Shown in pieces: positions 18,211 to 20,234 of a DNA stretch of 20,234 nucleotides (the stretch's first letter is position 1; the number at the start of each line of letters is the position of its first letter). The position numbers and the translations under genes were made by a program. Origin of the DNA: Candidatus Zhuqueibacterota bacterium (GTDB lineage Bacteria > Zhuqueibacterota > Zhuqueibacteria > Thermofontimicrobiales > Thiofontviventaceae); the NCBI GenBank assembly GCA_016931935.1, contig JAFGDW010000115.1:1-20234 (forward strand). Reading direction: 5' to 3'. A model generated the notes under the pieces. The model did no database searches. It had not been told where the DNA came from and saw only the letters and a program-made list of their open reading frames with translations.

Positions 18211-18763
18211 TAAGAATGAAACACCCGTACAGACAGATCTTTCTGTTCAATCTGCCGAGGCGCGAAACATCGTTTACAAATATTCGGCGATTGCCTCAGG
18301 CGTTGGCCTGATTCCGGTTCCGGTTTTCGATTTGGTTGCGTTATCAGCATTGCAACTGAAAATGGTGGCCGATTTATCAAAACATTATCAAATTAAATTT
18401 GAAAAGAATGCCGGCAAGATGATTGTCGCATCGTTACTTGGCGCCATTGTACCGGAAGCGCTTTCCCGTGGAACATTTGTTAGTGTCCTGAAAATGACAC
18501 CACTCATCGGTCCTGTCATTGGCGGCGTCACCATGCTGGCATTTACTGGCGCCAGTACGTATGCTATTGGCATGGTGTTTATGAGTCATTTCCAGGCTGG
18601 TGGTACCCTTATTGATTTTGAAGTGGCAAAAGCACGCGAAAATTTCAACGAAATGTACGCGAAGGGATTGGAGCTGGTAAAATCACGTTGGGCAAAAACA
18701 CAGCCGGGTGTGCAAGAAGAAGTTGTCGATGAACCGGTCACCGCAGATGTAACAAATAATTAG
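18164..18763 (+). CDS. DUF697-like membrane-associated protein (tentative)
   Basis: SD GGAGG 5 nt before the ATG at 18164. It overlaps the upstream gene by 47 nt. Motif GLIPVPVFDLVALSALQLKMVADLSKHYQ, then glycine-rich hydrophobic segments. The start is uncertain (the ORF-track start is 18140). Confidence 0.5.
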   Translation: MKQQKSRPRKQSAVTDKNETPVQTDLSVQSAEARNIVYKYSAIASGVGLIPVPVFDLVALSALQLKMVADLSKHYQIKFEKNAGKMIVASLLGAIVPEALSRGTFVSVLKMTPLIGPVIGGVTMLAFTGASTYAIGMVFMSHFQAGGTLIDFEVAKARENFNEMYAKGLELVKSRWAKTQPGVQEEVVDEPVTADVTNN

Positions 18764-19053
18764 ACTTTATTTTAGAATGATGAATTTAGAATTAAGAATT
18801 TGAGATATTACATGATAAATATGAGACATTATTCGCATTTCTAATTTTATACCTATTCAGTTCAGCGGCTTCGAATAAATCGTATTTTTGCCTGAGCTGT
18901 CCCAAAAACCAGGGAAACTCAAACAAACGATCATTGGACGATACGGTCTCGCCCAACTTAACCGGGATTAGGCGACGATTTGTGACACGCTGAATAGTCT
19001 TGCCTGAATTCTTAATTATAGTTTATCGCATTATGCTGAGAAAGGAATTATAC

Positions 19054-19986
19054 ATGCAACAACACATGCGAGAAAACTTGACCACGTTAGGTATGCCGTC
19101 ATATCTAATGAATGCACCTTTATCGTATTCCGCTGATTCTCCAAATAACGTCTGGATGGAAGAGTTAAGTGAATCCGAACGTGTCATTGACAATCATAAA
19201 GCGATGAAGCAATTTTTACAGTTATATCAATTTATTGGCGCTCATGCGTTTGTACAGAATTTACCCACTCCGGGCAACTGTCAATTGCAGGATTTACCGT
19301 TTATCTCGAATTTGGGAATTGTTCTTGACCATCTTCCGGACAAGCGCACGGTTATTATTTCAAATTTTGCTACTGAACCACGGCGGGGCGAGACTGAAGT
19401 CGGGATAGGTTTCTTTAACAGCATGGGCTACGATGTTCATACATCGCCCTATCATTTTGAAGGCGAAGCCGAATTGAAGCACTTACACGATAACGTATAC
19501 GTCGGTGGTTATGGCATTCGTTCGGATATTCGGGCGTATGAGTGGATGGAAAAGCAATTTGACATCCGCATCATAAAGGTACGCAACAGCAATGACCGGC
19601 TTTATCACCTTGATGGAAGCGTATTTCCGATGACTCGCAACCATACGTTAGTTTGTACAGCCATGTTCACCAAACCGGAAATCCAGGCAATTGAACGGGA
19701 AACTGAGATAATTGATGTAACGGCAAAGGATGCACTCGCCGGAATTACTAATTCGGTACGCGTCCATCGTTTCATCATCAATGCGTCCAATTTATGTGAG
19801 TTGAAGTCAGGAACGGATGCATACTACAACGAACGGATGAAAAACCAAAATCTGGAAAAAATCGCTGTGGAAATGGGATTTGACGTTTGCTTTTTCAATA
19901 TCGATGAATTTTATAAAGGTGGGGCCATGCTGTCGTGCATGGTATTGCACCTGAATCGTCGATCATATGAAATTGATTTGTTGTAA
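19054..19986 (+). CDS. guanidino-group-modifying enzyme superfamily (amidinotransferase / DDAH / arginine-deiminase-like) hydrolase
   Basis: HLD motif (LYHLDGSVF, compare arginine deiminase MHLDTVF). C-terminal catalytic Cys motif GGAMLSCM (G-G-x4-C-M). SD AAAGGA 7 nt before the ATG at 19054. The ORF-track start at 19000 is TTG. Confidence 0.7.
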   Translation: MQQHMRENLTTLGMPSYLMNAPLSYSADSPNNVWMEELSESERVIDNHKAMKQFLQLYQFIGAHAFVQNLPTPGNCQLQDLPFISNLGIVLDHLPDKRTVIISNFATEPRRGETEVGIGFFNSMGYDVHTSPYHFEGEAELKHLHDNVYVGGYGIRSDIRAYEWMEKQFDIRIIKVRNSNDRLYHLDGSVFPMTRNHTLVCTAMFTKPEIQAIERETEIIDVTAKDALAGITNSVRVHRFIINASNLCELKSGTDAYYNERMKNQNLEKIAVEMGFDVCFFNIDEFYKGGAMLSCMVLHLNRRSYEIDLL

Positions 19987-20040
19987 GGTTATACTTGTTA
20001 TGGGTTGGAATGTAACATCATATTTATGAAAAAGAGAAGC

Positions 20041-20080
20041 TGTCATATCGAGTCCCGACGCGTCGGGAAGATATGACTCA
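20041..20080 (+). terminator. long interrupted hairpin GTCATATCgagTCCCGACG|CGTCGGGAaGATATGAC (a 16-nt perfect palindrome nested in an 8-bp outer stem), 55 nt after the amidinotransferase stop
   Basis: Read directly. It is GC-rich with no U-tract. Confidence 0.45.
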
Positions 20081-20089
20081 GCTGCGCGG

Positions 20090-20131
20090 AATTTATCACT
20101 TCTCGCTTCGCTCAAAGTGACAAAAATGCTT
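20090..20131 (-). repeat. second copy, in inverted orientation, of the ~42-nt core of element A (aatttatcacttctcgcttcgctcaaagtgacaaaaatgctt)
   Basis: The reverse complement AAGCATTTTTGTCACTTTGAGCGAAGCGAGAAGTGATAAATT aligns to 9012-9056 (GCATgaaaTTTTGcggTCACTTcacacTGAGCGAAGtCGAaGAAGTG) with ~35 identical positions and a few short indels. Confidence 0.5.
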
Positions 20132-20234
20132 GTCTAAAGTTATAAGTTAATCCCTAACCTGGATAAACCAGAATTAAAAAAATTAGACAGGATAACAGGA
20201 TGAACAGGATTTCTTAGAGGAAGAGATTATACAA

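Noticed and set aside
18860-18885. GCTTCGAATAA, resembling a tRNA T-loop.
   Set aside because: No acceptor or anticodon stem complementarity can be built around it.
1052-19790. All minus-strand ORFs in the track (60-117 aa). Examples are 1052-1312, 2774-3073, 5833-6096, 7025-7330, 9028-9249, 10917-11270, 14977-15330 and 18072-18380.
   Set aside because: Each lies wholly or largely inside a well-supported + strand gene or across a structured spacer. None has a recognisable domain. They are the size expected by chance opposite AT-poor coding sequence.

Overview
This ~20.2 kb bacterial chromosomal segment carries 17 supportable protein-coding genes, all on the + strand. Coding GC is moderate and the intergenic spacers are strongly AT-rich. 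Most genes have Shine-Dalgarno-like motifs 4-10 nt upstream of the start. In 5' to 3' order the genes are:
- a GAF-domain sigma-54 enhancer-binding protein (900-2465);
- a probable operon of a secreted C69 Ntn-hydrolase dipeptidase, a GH2 glycosidase with an inserted PA14 domain, and a lipoprotein with two LEA_2/WHy domains (2722-7858);
- an orphan yidD and a DnaQ-like DEDDh 3'-5' exonuclease;
- a NUDIX hydrolase;
- a tandem universal-stress-protein gene followed 33 nt later by an ArsB/NhaD-superfamily transporter with a signal-peptide plus His-rich N-terminal extension;
- a DUF481-like outer-membrane beta-barrel protein;
- a 69-aa two-TM protein whose stop overlaps (ATGA) the start of a YojI/SyrD/PvdE-family cyclic-peptide-type ABC exporter;
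- an SPFH/band-7 protein, a solo type-1 periplasmic-binding-protein lipoprotein and a DUF697-like protein in a tightly packed or overlapping operon;
- an amidinotransferase/DDAH/arginine-deiminase-superfamily enzyme.
I found no rRNA, tRNA, CRISPR array, transposase or integrase. All minus-strand ORFs in the track are short, lie inside + strand genes and look spurious.
The main things the gene list does not explain are:
(i) a ~42-45 nt non-coding core that occurs twice in opposite orientation (8994-9064 and 20090-20131), each copy beside a long perfect hairpin, which suggests a small dispersed repeat or sRNA-like family;
(ii) two sets of three helically phased direct repeats (CGCGAAT x3 at 2484-2509 and TTTCGNG x3 at 12847-12873), which are near reverse complements of each other and lie 180-215 nt upstream of operon starts;
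(iii) a 900-bp ORF-free AT-rich region at the window start;
(iv) the small-ORF plus peptide-exporter pair with no biosynthetic genes nearby;
(v) a sigma-54 activator with no GG-N10-GC (-24/-12) promoter that I could find by eye in any intergenic region here.
The four gene-downstream hairpins have no U-tract.
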